NCBI GenBank assembly: GCA_964351925.1
Contig: CAYGQI010000001.1
Location: 30,505-68,720, forward strand
Direction of reading: 5' to 3'
Length of the DNA: 38,216 nucleotides
Source of the DNA: an uncultured Anaerolineales bacterium
GTDB taxonomy: Bacteria > Chloroflexota > Anaerolineae > UBA7937 > B3-Chlor
Positions 18,759 through 26,733 of the stretch are shown here, in pieces (positions within the stretch are counted from its first letter, which is position 1; each line of letters begins with the position of its first letter). A program made the position numbers and the translations under genes. The notes below the pieces were generated by a model. That model saw only the letters and a list, made by a program, of their open reading frames with translations, was not told where the DNA came from and did not search any database.

Positions 18759-19598
18759 ATGGCCGAACCGTCTGGAAGCAACTTCCCAACGTCGCTGGAC
18801 GACGCCACGTCTCTGTTGGCGGCTGTGACCAACCAGAAATCCTTTGTGGTTTCTGGTGCTCATGGCGGCGGGGCCACAACCATCACTGTCACCGGGGCCA
18901 TCTCTGGCGTTACAGCCCCAGGCTATGTGATCAACGGACGCACAGGAGAGATTGTTCACTTCGGTGGCATCTCTGGCTCTGACTTCACGGGATGTACTCG
19001 TGGGGCAGACGGCACTTCGTCCACCGGAATGAACGACTTGGATGTACTCTATCATGCCAGTGTGGCAAAGTACCACAACCAGCTACGAGCAGCTGCCATA
19101 GCCATCGAGACGATCTTGGGAGTGAGTCCGAATGTGATCGATGATACGGTGGCGGCATCCGCCAGCCCCACGTCGGTCGCTCAGTATCTCGACATGGTGG
19201 CGAACAGACTCAAGGCCATCACTGGCGAGGCCAGCTGGGTCACAGCTCCCGACGCCTCCCTCTCCACACTCAACGGGTACTTCTCCACCCTCACATGGAC
19301 GAACTTCACGTATGAGCACGGCTGGGTAGACTATGACACTACCTACAACCCTGGCGGATATGTCAAGGACCCGTTTGGATGGGTTCATCTGCGGGGTTTG
19401 GTTAGGACTGGGACTGTGGGAACGAGTATCGCCACGCTACCGGCTGGCTATAGACCATCTCACATAGTGTTGTGGGATTCACAGGCCAATGGTGCCCTGT
19501 GCAGGACGGACGTCAATCCATCGGGCACCGTCGTTGCCAGCTCTGGTAGCAACGCCTGGTGGTCTCTCGAGGGCTGTGTCTGGTTGGCTTATCAATGA
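18759..19598 (+). CDS. Tail fibre / receptor-binding-type protein
   Basis: 279 aa. C-terminal GWVHLRGLV..G.....IATLPAGYRP....W....G.........G.V.....N.WWSLEG resembles a globular fibre-tip pattern. Confidence 0.5.
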   Translation: MAEPSGSNFPTSLDDATSLLAAVTNQKSFVVSGAHGGGATTITVTGAISGVTAPGYVINGRTGEIVHFGGISGSDFTGCTRGADGTSSTGMNDLDVLYHASVAKYHNQLRAAAIAIETILGVSPNVIDDTVAASASPTSVAQYLDMVANRLKAITGEASWVTAPDASLSTLNGYFSTLTWTNFTYEHGWVDYDTTYNPGGYVKDPFGWVHLRGLVRTGTVGTSIATLPAGYRPSHIVLWDSQANGALCRTDVNPSGTVVASSGSNAWWSLEGCVWLAYQ

Positions 19599-20194
19599 CC
19601 GATCCTAACGTCGAGGGCAAGATAGAAGCGATAGTGGGTTATGGGGATGACCCGGAGCACATCTCGGCGGTCCCGCTACGTGCCTACATTCAGCGCCCAT
19701 GGCGTCTCTTCCTGACAGGCGCGAGGAGCATAGGCAACTATGCTCTTGCATCCGGAACGATCCTGATTGATCTCGTTCCAGAAACCTCTGCCCTTTATCT
19801 GGCCTACTCCACATTGACCGGGGATGCTGATGCCCACTCGTGGGGAGAAGCATACGCCTGGGGTTCAGCTGACCTGTGTTGGGGAGGCGTCGAGTCTCTG
19901 CATTATGTCGAGCCAACCTTCGATCTGGGCGAGATTCTGTACATCTCTCCAGACTCACAGGACATCAAGGTTGAGTCGGGGTCCAAGCATGAAAGCCAGG
20001 TGTGGACGCAGACAGGCGGGATCATGCGCGGGCATCCTGCTCAGTGGTGGGTGTCCTACATGCCCAGCCACATCGTGGACTACGGTTTCAGCTCGGCATC
20101 CAGCAAGACAAGGATGGGGGACCTGTCAGGCACCACCAGCGCCGAGATAGCTCCACACGGCACCGCCAACGTGCGAACCAAGGGCGGTATATGA
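19595..20194 (+). CDS. Hypothetical tail-module protein
   Basis: ATGA overlap with the upstream stop at 19595-19598. 199 aa. Confidence 0.55.
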   Translation: MTDPNVEGKIEAIVGYGDDPEHISAVPLRAYIQRPWRLFLTGARSIGNYALASGTILIDLVPETSALYLAYSTLTGDADAHSWGEAYAWGSADLCWGGVESLHYVEPTFDLGEILYISPDSQDIKVESGSKHESQVWTQTGGIMRGHPAQWWVSYMPSHIVDYGFSSASSKTRMGDLSGTTSAEIAPHGTANVRTKGGI

Positions 20195-20216
20195 TACAAT
20201 GAGTTGACATAAGAGG
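20188..20216 (+). promoter_or_regulatory. Putative extended -10 promoter plus conserved leader upstream of 20224
   Basis: TGaTACAAT (20192-20200), then AGTTGACATAAGAG (20202-20215), whose AAGAGG also serves as the RBS. Confidence 0.4.
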
Positions 20217-20223
20217 ACAGTGC

Positions 20224-20646
20224 ATGACACCCAACCTCAAGCTTACCCAGGAAAAGCTGCTGGCCGAAAACTGCGAATGGCAGTCCTTCGACCCCCAGCT
20301 GGCCCTAGATGCGGACTACACTTTCGGCCTGTCCGATAACCCCACAGCCACCGGCATGATCTTGCAGGTCACTGTGGGCACGCTGACGGGCACCCCGACG
20401 TACAGACCGTCGCTTCAGGGCTACGACGCGGATGGTGTGCCCTACGCCGTGTGGACAGCGGCCTCGGCCATCTCGTCTGCCAGCACGAAGTACTATTGGC
20501 TCGGCCCTGGAGCGTCAACCATCGGAGACTACACCGAGGGCGTAGGAGCTCCTGTGCCTCGCCTTTGGAGTGTCTTCATCGACTACACCGGAACACCCGG
20601 AGCACACTATGCTGACGTGACAGTACACGTCCAGCTACTTCGTTAG
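20224..20646 (+). CDS. Hypothetical virion protein
   Basis: AAGAGGA RBS. 140 aa. Confidence 0.6.
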   Translation: MTPNLKLTQEKLLAENCEWQSFDPQLALDADYTFGLSDNPTATGMILQVTVGTLTGTPTYRPSLQGYDADGVPYAVWTAASAISSASTKYYWLGPGASTIGDYTEGVGAPVPRLWSVFIDYTGTPGAHYADVTVHVQLLR

Positions 20647-20655
20647 GAGGACTAC

Positions 20656-21081
20656 ATGAGTCTATCGAACGCTTCCGAGAATGATGTCCTGAAGATGTTC
20701 TTGCAGGGCACCGATCCGTCTTATCGTTCTGGAGCTACCCAGTACATGGCCCTTGTGTCGGACGCTGGAGGCGGAGGCAGCGTGAGTGAAGCTACTCCTA
20801 TCGCCAACGAGCTGACCTACACGGGCTATGCCCGAGTGCCGCTGACCAAGGCAACAGCTTGGACCGACAACGGCTCCAACTTCACCAACGCGACGCAGGT
20901 TCTGTTTGGCAAGAGAACCGACGGCGGAGCCACCCAGACGGCGACAGCGTTCGTGGTGGTTGACACCGACAGTGGAGCCATCAACATGGGCATCATCGGG
21001 GACTTGACCGCCGATTTGGACATCAGCCAGAACATTCAGCCCCTGTTCGAAATTGGAACGCTAACCGTCACGGCGGAGTAG
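20656..21081 (+). CDS. Hypothetical virion protein
   Basis: AGGAGG RBS. 141 aa. Confidence 0.6.
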   Translation: MSLSNASENDVLKMFLQGTDPSYRSGATQYMALVSDAGGGGSVSEATPIANELTYTGYARVPLTKATAWTDNGSNFTNATQVLFGKRTDGGATQTATAFVVVDTDSGAINMGIIGDLTADLDISQNIQPLFEIGTLTVTAE

Positions 21082-21082
21082 T

Positions 21083-21964
21083 ATGGCCGGGTTCATCAAG
21101 TTCTCGTCTGTGACAGACGCCTATGACGCAGGCCGAGTAACAAGGGCTGGCTTCCGCAAGGCCATATCTGCCACCACCGCTACTGGCGTGTGGATGGACA
21201 TGGGTATGACTGGCGGAGGCCCGCCCCCGAACTACTACGCGTCTACGCCCCTCACCTGGGCCACACTGACCCAGAGTGGGGATGGTGGGCTGTATCACGG
21301 CGGGAACGTCTCTCCGGCGAGCACACACTTGAAGTCGCTGTTGATCCAGTCGAGCGTCGTGACTACCGCAACTCCATCAACGTGGGTCCTGTGTGACTAC
21401 CTTGGCTACTGGCCCTTCATCGAGCAGGTGGGGTCGCAAACACTCATCGGCTCCGGGCTTACCCGCTACACAGATGGTGTGGGGGTGCTGGCGATGGTGG
21501 TGAACCAAGCGGCGGCGGCTGGCGGGGCAACCTTCTCCTTGAACTACACCAGCCCTGCTGGATCGGGCAGAACGTCCCAGACCATGAAGTGCAACACGTC
21601 CACCAACATTGGAAACATCATGACCACGATGCCGGTTCACACGGCCACCTACTCCAGCAGCCCGTTCGTTGGCTTGCAGGACGGAGACACTGGAATCCTG
21701 TCCGTTCAGACAGTTGATTGGGTGCAAGAGGACGTGGGGCTGTGCGCCCTCGTCCTCGTGAAGCCTATCGCTCAAATCTCGTTGGAGCCCGTGTCTTCTG
21801 GCCCAACCATCTACCCTCCATCCGAAAAGGACTTTGCCATAGATGCCGTGGGAACTCTCCCCGTCATCCAAGACAATGCCTATCTGAACTTCATCGCGCA
21901 CCCGGCTGGCACGTTTGCTACCGCTGTAGTTTGGGGCATGATCGAGACCATCTGGAGCGCATAG
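21083..21964 (+). CDS. Hypothetical structural protein, tandem paralog 1
   Basis: Shares the MAGF start, LYHGGNV/LHNGNV, LNYTSPAGSGRTSQT/INYTNSAGTGSRQT and C-terminal blocks with 21974-23128. Confidence 0.6.
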   Translation: MAGFIKFSSVTDAYDAGRVTRAGFRKAISATTATGVWMDMGMTGGGPPPNYYASTPLTWATLTQSGDGGLYHGGNVSPASTHLKSLLIQSSVVTTATPSTWVLCDYLGYWPFIEQVGSQTLIGSGLTRYTDGVGVLAMVVNQAAAAGGATFSLNYTSPAGSGRTSQTMKCNTSTNIGNIMTTMPVHTATYSSSPFVGLQDGDTGILSVQTVDWVQEDVGLCALVLVKPIAQISLEPVSSGPTIYPPSEKDFAIDAVGTLPVIQDNAYLNFIAHPAGTFATAVVWGMIETIWSA

Positions 21965-21973
21965 GAGATACCA

Positions 21974-23128
21974 ATGGCAGGTTTCACTTCGCTAGACAAC
22001 CTCATCACCAACGTGTCCAACTCGGGCAAGTTCTGGCGCACCGACTGGAACAAGAACTCCGCCACAGCAGGTACAGTGGTTGCCGGTACGTGGCAATGCT
22101 TTGCTCCGGGGGCGGGCAATCCTCCAGCGAACACCACGCACGTAGCTGCCGTGACAAAGACATGGCATCCAAGCTACGACTTCACTTCAGGCAACAACGG
22201 CATCCTGCACAACGGGAACGTCGGGACTGCCTGGGATGACTACAAGGTCATCCTCAATGCGTCGGTGTTCTCGGGTGCGGCCACCTCCGCTCCCATCGTG
22301 TTCATGCTGGTGGATGTGCTGGCCCACTCGCAACTGACTGCCGCTACACTCGCTACGGCAGGCACCTACACGTTCCTCAACACCGAGAACGTCACCTTCG
22401 ACAGCTCTTCTGGCCTGCGTATGATTACCACCAACGACTACGACACCTACACCCCATTCTCGCTGTCTGGGGCAGGAACGCCTCCGACTGGTATGTCAGC
22501 AGGGACGATCTATTGGACCATCCGCCAAGACGCCACGCACTCCAAGATCGCCACGTCCCTCCAGAACGCCATCGCCAACACCTACATCGCATGGACCGAC
22601 AACGGCACCCCGGTCAACACGCTCACCTGCCGCTGGCCTCGTTATTCCACTGGAGCTGGCGTAGACATTCTAGCCTACAACCTTGTGGCATTTGGCACGG
22701 CGGGCACGTCCAACCACACAATCAACTACACCAACTCGGCTGGGACAGGAAGCAGACAGACCCCAGCTACCCTGCCAGCATCCCCGACCTCAGTGCCGAT
22801 CTTCACTATCCCGTATTCTGGAACAGCAGCCGGTAGATATGGTCCTGGCTTTCCACGACAATCAACGGATGCCGGTGTCCAGTCCATACAATCGTATGTG
22901 ACTTCTGGCAACTTGGCCAATGGCGCATTGGCAGTGCTGGCCTACAAGCCGATCCTGACCCTGCCCATCACCACTATCGGTGTGGCGTCTGAGCGTGACC
23001 TCGTGAACCAACTGCCTAGCATGCCGAGAGTGTATGACGGTGCCTGCCTCATGTGGCTTGTCTACACACAGGTCGCCATCCCGAACAACACCGCCTACTA
23101 CGGACACATGGACTTCGGCTGGAGCTAA
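21974..23128 (+). CDS. Hypothetical structural protein, tandem paralog 2 (with a ~90-aa insertion)
   Basis: AGGAG RBS. Collinear similarity to 21083-21964 plus an extra central segment. Confidence 0.6.
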   Translation: MAGFTSLDNLITNVSNSGKFWRTDWNKNSATAGTVVAGTWQCFAPGAGNPPANTTHVAAVTKTWHPSYDFTSGNNGILHNGNVGTAWDDYKVILNASVFSGAATSAPIVFMLVDVLAHSQLTAATLATAGTYTFLNTENVTFDSSSGLRMITTNDYDTYTPFSLSGAGTPPTGMSAGTIYWTIRQDATHSKIATSLQNAIANTYIAWTDNGTPVNTLTCRWPRYSTGAGVDILAYNLVAFGTAGTSNHTINYTNSAGTGSRQTPATLPASPTSVPIFTIPYSGTAAGRYGPGFPRQSTDAGVQSIQSYVTSGNLANGALAVLAYKPILTLPITTIGVASERDLVNQLPSMPRVYDGACLMWLVYTQVAIPNNTAYYGHMDFGWS

Positions 23129-24190
23129 ATGACCCTTCTAGGGCGATACTCCATCTCCACCAAACTGCCGCTACGCTATCGAGCCGGAACGACAACGGCT
23201 GGCTCTAGCTTCGGCTACACCTATGGCAACTCCGCTCCAGGCTGGTCGCACATGATCTGGACGGACGGGGCCAATGAGTCCCTCCCCCACATCGAGTACC
23301 CGTCCGGCTATCGTGGGACGGGCTGGAAGATGCCGCTCGGACTAAACACGTCCCTCAGCGTGAAGTACGGGCTTCTAAGCGGCCAGACGGCTGTCATCAC
23401 CGTGACTACATCTGCAACCGGCAGCACTGCTCGTCCGGGCACCGGCTCCGCTACCATCACCATAACGGCAGACGGCACGGCTGGTCTGGTGACGATGGGT
23501 GAGGGAGCTGCCACGATCACCCTCAGCGCTCTTGGCGAGATCGTAGCCCAGTTGGCGGCTGAGGGTGCTGCAACCATCACTATCACGGCTGAGGGCGACG
23601 CTCTGACTGCTCTTGGCTGGCCAGAAGGGACGTCTACCATCACGATCACCGCCGAGGGCGTACCCATGGCCTACGGGTTCATGGAAGGCACCACAGACTG
23701 GCCGAGTGGTACTCTGACCGCAGATGAAGTAGCCAACGCTGTTTGGGAAGAACTGGCGGTTGACCACGATGGCGCGGGCACAATGGGCGAGCTGCTGAAT
23801 GGAGCTGGCTCAGCTGGAGACCCATGGTTGACAACCCTACCAGGTGGCTACACAGGCGACCAAGCTGGAGCCATCATCGGAAACGACGTGTATCAGGCCA
23901 AGATTTGGATGACGCACGGATCGGTACGAGACTACTACCTGATGGCGTGGTTCCATGATGGAGAGCCTATCATCACTGGCATCACCAGTCCTAAGATCGA
24001 GGTCATCAAGGCTGAGGATGGAACAGACTTGGTGCCAGAGGACAACATGACGCAGGTCGGTTCGTTGGGCCTGTACAAGTACGAGTCAGCCTACATGGTG
24101 ACAGCAGGACAAATCTACATGGCCAAGGTGAGCGCCACGATCGACGGTGCCACCCAAACGTGGTATCAGCCCGTAGGCATCAATGCCTAG
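23129..24190 (+). CDS. Tail fibre/spike-type protein with TITxxAEG repeats
   Basis: Four ~20-aa repeats (SATITITADGTAG / AATITLSALGEIV / AATITITAEGDAL / TSTITITAEGVPM) at about nt 23441-23689. Confidence 0.55.
   Translation: MTLLGRYSISTKLPLRYRAGTTTAGSSFGYTYGNSAPGWSHMIWTDGANESLPHIEYPSGYRGTGWKMPLGLNTSLSVKYGLLSGQTAVITVTTSATGSTARPGTGSATITITADGTAGLVTMGEGAATITLSALGEIVAQLAAEGAATITITAEGDALTALGWPEGTSTITITAEGVPMAYGFMEGTTDWPSGTLTADEVANAVWEELAVDHDGAGTMGELLNGAGSAGDPWLTTLPGGYTGDQAGAIIGNDVYQAKIWMTHGSVRDYYLMAWFHDGEPIITGITSPKIEVIKAEDGTDLVPEDNMTQVGSLGLYKYESAYMVTAGQIYMAKVSATIDGATQTWYQPVGINA
23441..23689 (+). repeat. Intragenic tandem repeat, ~60-nt period, four units
   Basis: Repeated ACCATCAC[C/G/T]AT[A/C]AC[G/C]GC[A/T/C]GA[C/G]GGC-type units encoding xTITITAxG. 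Confidence 0.6.
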
Positions 24191-24389
24191 CAAGACACCA
24201 TGGAATGCCTTCATCATCTTGGATGAGGTCCTCGCCTCCTTTGGTGAATCTGGAGGAGGCGGTCCTAGTGGTGCAGCAATGCGAGTCCACTGGGGCAGGC
24301 TGGACAATCAGAGAGCTCATAGGCCAGGTGGAGGAGACTCAGTCTTCACCGCCGTTGCTGGAGCTACGAGGAAGAGGAAGAAGAGATGA
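24183..24389 (+). CDS. Hypothetical small ORF upstream of the endolysin
   Basis: 68 aa. ATGA overlap with the endolysin start. Low-complexity, basic C-terminus, no TM segment. Confidence 0.3.
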   Translation: MPSKTPWNAFIILDEVLASFGESGGGGPSGAAMRVHWGRLDNQRAHRPGGGDSVFTAVAGATRKRKKR

Positions 24390-25141
24390 TCCAAGGACAA
24401 GACTACTCACACTACAACGCCAAGGTGAACTTCCCGCTGGCCATCAAGAATGGTCAGAAGGTCTTCTACCTCAAGTCGTCCGAGGGCAACAACTGGAGCG
24501 ACGACACCTACGAGGAGAAGCGCCTGGCCTGCATCCCTACCAAGGCTCCCTTCGCTCCCTACCACTTCATGAAGATGGCCTACACGGCTGTCAGTCAGGC
24601 GGCATGGTTCAAGAAGTGTGCTCCAGACCCAACACCTCTTCCACCGATCGCAGACATCGAGCAGCACCCGGCTGAGCCGGACAACCTGCTCATCCCTATG
24701 GCCAAGAAGCGCTCACATGTACAAACGCTTCTCCTAGAGACCGAGAGGCTGTTTGGTCGCAGGCCCATTATCTACACTGGGGTCTACTGGTGGAAGGACA
24801 ACATCGGGGACGTGTCTTGGGCGAAGGACTACAAGTTCATCATCGCTGGCTACCTGTTCTTCAAGCAAGCCATCCCTGCCAACTTCAACATCTGGTGGCC
24901 AGGACCCCGCACCCTGTTCTACATCCCACGCGAGAACGTGATTGGATGGCAGTGGGCGGGCGACATCCCGAACATCAGCAATACCACATACCCCTGGTCT
25001 ACTGGAGCTCAAGACTTCAACGTGTTTGACGAAGTTCAGATCGCTGCTCTCGTGAGCGGCAGTACAGAGACGCCTCCGCTGACTGAGGCCGAGAAGCTTG
25101 ATCTCGTGTACAAGTGGTATCTCGAATCTCACGGAGGCTAA
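24386..25141 (+). CDS. Endolysin, glycoside hydrolase family 25 (muramidase)
   Basis: GQDYSHY (D-x-S-H-W/Y box), SSEGNNWSDDTY, APYHF, PPIADIEQ: the usual GH25 motif order. Confidence 0.75.
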   Translation: MIQGQDYSHYNAKVNFPLAIKNGQKVFYLKSSEGNNWSDDTYEEKRLACIPTKAPFAPYHFMKMAYTAVSQAAWFKKCAPDPTPLPPIADIEQHPAEPDNLLIPMAKKRSHVQTLLLETERLFGRRPIIYTGVYWWKDNIGDVSWAKDYKFIIAGYLFFKQAIPANFNIWWPGPRTLFYIPRENVIGWQWAGDIPNISNTTYPWSTGAQDFNVFDEVQIAALVSGSTETPPLTEAEKLDLVYKWYLESHGG

Positions 25142-25142
25142 C

Positions 25143-25520
25143 ATGGCACCCAAGAAGCGCGTGTCCCAAATCAACGCTGAATGTCAGGCACTCATGATCT
25201 CCATCCCGCCGCTGCTGGTCGATCTGAAAGAAGGACAAACGGAGTTGGGGAAGAAAATCCAGAATGTTGATGAGGCCATTCGGGGCAACGGCAAGGAGGG
25301 CCTTGTCGCCAGGGTGACGCGTTTGGAAACTGCGAACACTCTTGATCGCCAACAAACTGTGGAGGCGAAGGAACTGGCTCTCGATCTGGTCAAGAACCCC
25401 CCAAAACCGCCTAGCCCAACCCAGTGGTGGTACGCGCCCATCTTCGGTATCGGAGCGTCTATCCTGATCTGGTTCTTCACACAGGAACTTCCCAAGATTA
25501 TCGCCCATATTGGTCCATAA
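25143..25520 (+). CDS. Tail-anchored membrane protein, probably lysis-associated
   Basis: GGAGG RBS. 125 aa. Coiled-coil N-terminus and one C-terminal TM segment (WWYAPIFGIGASILIWFF). Lies immediately after the endolysin. Confidence 0.5.
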   Translation: MAPKKRVSQINAECQALMISIPPLLVDLKEGQTELGKKIQNVDEAIRGNGKEGLVARVTRLETANTLDRQQTVEAKELALDLVKNPPKPPSPTQWWYAPIFGIGASILIWFFTQELPKIIAHIGP

Positions 25521-25534
25521 TCCAAAGGGGGGAC

Positions 25535-25563
25535 TTGACAAACCTCAAAAAGAGGTGTATTCT
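25535..25563 (+). promoter_or_regulatory. Sigma70-like promoter for the tRNA array
   Basis: TTGACA (25535-25540), 17-nt spacer, TATTCT (25558-25563). The first tRNA starts at 25573. Confidence 0.55.
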
Positions 25564-25572
25564 TAGACAGTC

Positions 25573-25645
25573 CGAGGAATGGTGTAGACCGGGAGCACGC
25601 TAGCCCTGGGAGCTAGTGGCGGTGGTTCAAACCCACCTTCTTCGA
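25573..25645 (+). tRNA. tRNA-Pro(TGG)
   Basis: Acceptor CGAGGAA/TTCTTCG. D GTGT/GCAC. AC stem CTAGC/GCTAG, loop CCTGGGA (C33). T arm GGTGG-TTCAAAC-CCACC. Confidence 0.75.
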
Positions 25646-25647
25646 CC

Positions 25648-25720
25648 TGCGGGTTAAGTTGGAGTGGAACCACGGTGGCCTCATAAGCCGCGTAGACGAG
25701 TTCAATTCTCGTACCCGCTA
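25648..25720 (+). tRNA. tRNA-Met(CAT) type (Met, fMet or Ile2 not resolved)
   Basis: AC stem GTGGC/GCCGC, loop CTCATAA. T arm ACGAG-TTCAATT-CTCGT. Acceptor GCGGGT/ACCCGC with an unpaired 1:72 or an irregular acceptor-D junction. Confidence 0.6.
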
Positions 25721-25727
25721 CCTTCAT

Positions 25728-25799
25728 ACCAGAGTGGCGCAACGGTAGCGCAAGCCGCTGTTAACGGCGAGGTTGCAGGTCCGAATCCTGCCTTTGGTG
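25728..25799 (+). tRNA. tRNA-Asn(GTT)
   Basis: Acceptor ACCAGAG/CTTTGGT. D GCGC/GCGC. Loop CTGTTAA. T arm GCAGG-TCCGAAT-CCTGC. CCA encoded. Confidence 0.85.
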
Positions 25800-25847
25800 C
25801 CAAGAAGTCGAGTACCGCTTACCTTTACAACTGATCGGCAATAACAG

Positions 25848-25920
25848 GCCAGTGAAGCACAATCGGCAGTGCGGTCGCCCTGTAAGCGACAGGCAGTGGG
25901 TTCGACTCCCACCTCTGGCT
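25848..25920 (+). tRNA. tRNA-Thr(TGT)
   Basis: Acceptor GCCAGTG/CTCTGGC (one mismatch). D GCAC/GTGC. AC GTCGC/GCGAC, loop CCTGTAA (C33). T arm GTGGG-TTCGACT-CCCAC. Confidence 0.8.
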
Positions 25921-25988
25921 CCTGAGAGTTCTGCACATCAGCGTTGAAATCTGGCTGTTCTCACGGCGCGCTAAAGAGACAGCAACAC

Positions 25989-26060
25989 GCAGGCATGGGG
26001 TAAAGGATAGCCCAGCACCCTCCTAAGGTGCGTGTGAGCGTTCGAGTCGCTCTGCTTGCT
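25989..26060 (+). tRNA. tRNA-Arg(CCT)
   Basis: Acceptor GCAGGCA/TGCTTGC. AC GCACC/GGTGC, loop CTCCTAA. T arm GAGCG-TTCGAGT-CGCTC. Confidence 0.85.
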
Positions 26061-26064
26061 CCTT

Positions 26065-26136
26065 GCTTCTGTAGATAACGGACAGTCGCTCCGGCTTCTA
26101 ACCGGATGAGTGCAGGTTCGAATCCTGCCAGAAGCT
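26065..26136 (+). tRNA. tRNA-Arg(TCT)
   Basis: Acceptor GCTTCTG/CAGAAGC. AC TCCGG/CCGGA, loop CTTCTAA. T arm GCAGG-TTCGAAT-CCTGC. Weak D stem. Confidence 0.75.
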
Positions 26137-26202
26137 CCTGCCGGGGGTCTCTCTTTGAGAGCACGGCGTCCGAAATTCCCTCTGCCCCCGAGGGTCGGCT
26201 AC

Positions 26203-26273
26203 GCATCTGTAGGCTAATGGATGACCGTTGGGCCACGGACCCAAAGGTGAGCGTTCAAGTCGCTCCAGATGCT
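26203..26273 (+). tRNA. tRNA-Arg(ACG)
   Basis: Acceptor GCATCTG/CAGATGC. AC TTGGG/CCCAA, loop CCACGGA (C33). T arm GAGCG-TTCAAGT-CGCTC. Confidence 0.75.
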
Positions 26274-26317
26274 CCTGTGGAAATTGACAGAGTCACCACT
26301 CAAAGAACTGTCCACAC

Positions 26318-26389
26318 AGACTGTTCGTCTAGCGGCCAGGATAAGCGTCTCCAAAACGTTTGACGGGGGTTCGAGTCCCTCACGGTCTG
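26318..26389 (+). tRNA. tRNA-Trp(CCA)
   Basis: Acceptor AGACTGT/ACGGTCT. D GTCT/GGAT. AC AGCGT/ACGTT, loop CTCCAAA. T arm GGGGG-TTCGAGT-CCCTC. Confidence 0.8.
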
Positions 26390-26395
26390 CCTCGT

Positions 26396-26468
26396 TAGGT
26401 GGTGGTGTAACCGGCAAGCACAGTAGGCTGTGGACCTGCGGGAGAGGGTTCAAGGCCCTCCCATCTGA
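26396..26468 (+). tRNA. tRNA-His(GTG)
   Basis: Acceptor TAGGTGG/CCATCTG. D GTGT/GCAC. AC GTAGG/CCTGC, loop CTGTGGA. T arm GAGGG-TTCAAGG-CCCTC. The -1 position is T opposite A73, not G-1:C73. Confidence 0.8.
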
Positions 26469-26502
26469 CCTAGCAAGAATAGTCACTTAAAGTGACTACA
26501 AT

Positions 26503-26573
26503 GGTTCTGTGGCGTAACGGCAGCGCAACTCCCTGTCGAGGAGTAGGCGAGGGATCGACACCCTTCAGGACCG
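26503..26573 (+). tRNA. tRNA-Asp(GTC)
   Basis: Acceptor GGTTCTG/CAGGACC. D GCGT/GCGC. AC ACTCC/GGAGT, loop CTGTCGA. T arm GAGGG-ATCGACA-CCCTT (A54). Confidence 0.8.
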
Positions 26574-26578
26574 CCTTT

Positions 26579-26650
26579 GGGCGCGTGATGTCAACGGGAG
26601 CATGCTGCACCTGCAATGCAGCCGTGGGAGTTCAAATCTCCCCGTGTCCA
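26579..26650 (+). tRNA. tRNA-Ala(TGC)
   Basis: Acceptor GGGCGCG/CGTGTCC with the G3:U70 alanine identity pair. AC CTGCA/TGCAG, loop CCTGCAA (C33). T arm GGGAG-TTCAAAT-CTCCC. Confidence 0.85.
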
Positions 26651-26657
26651 CCTTCAT

Positions 26658-26728
26658 TCAAGAGTCGGCTAACGGTAGGCCGTAGGGCCTTGGACCCTAC
26701 TGTGGAGGTCCGAATCCTTCCTCTTGAA
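26658..26728 (+). tRNA. tRNA-Gln(TTG)
   Basis: Acceptor TCAAGAG/CTCTTGA (U1:A72). D GGCT/GGCC. AC TAGGG/CCCTA, loop CCTTGGA (C33). T arm GGAGG-TCCGAAT-CCTTC. Confidence 0.8.
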
Positions 26729-26733
26729 CCTAC

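Noticed and set aside
18297-19076. A 259-aa ORF on the - strand, antisense to 148-aa copy B and the fibre gene.
   Set aside because: It is a shadow ORF in GC-rich coding DNA, with an Arg/Cys/His-rich unnatural composition and no RBS. The + strand genes have RBSs and a conserved paralog.
24160-24675. A 171-aa + strand ORF overlapping the endolysin start.
   Set aside because: It is out of frame with the GH25 gene, which has clear catalytic motifs, and it has an Arg/Gly-rich shadow composition.
25017-25541. The - strand ORFs 25017-25541 (174 aa) and 25184-25525 (113 aa).
   Set aside because: They are antisense to the endolysin 3' end and the tail-anchored protein gene, with no RBS. The + strand genes fit the operon structure.
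26137-26202. A possible extra tRNA (GGGGG/CCCCC acceptor-like closure and a TCCGAAATTCC T-loop-like motif).
   Set aside because: No T stem flanks the loop, and there is no D arm or 7-nt anticodon loop. At best it is a relic. It is reported only within the spacer finding.
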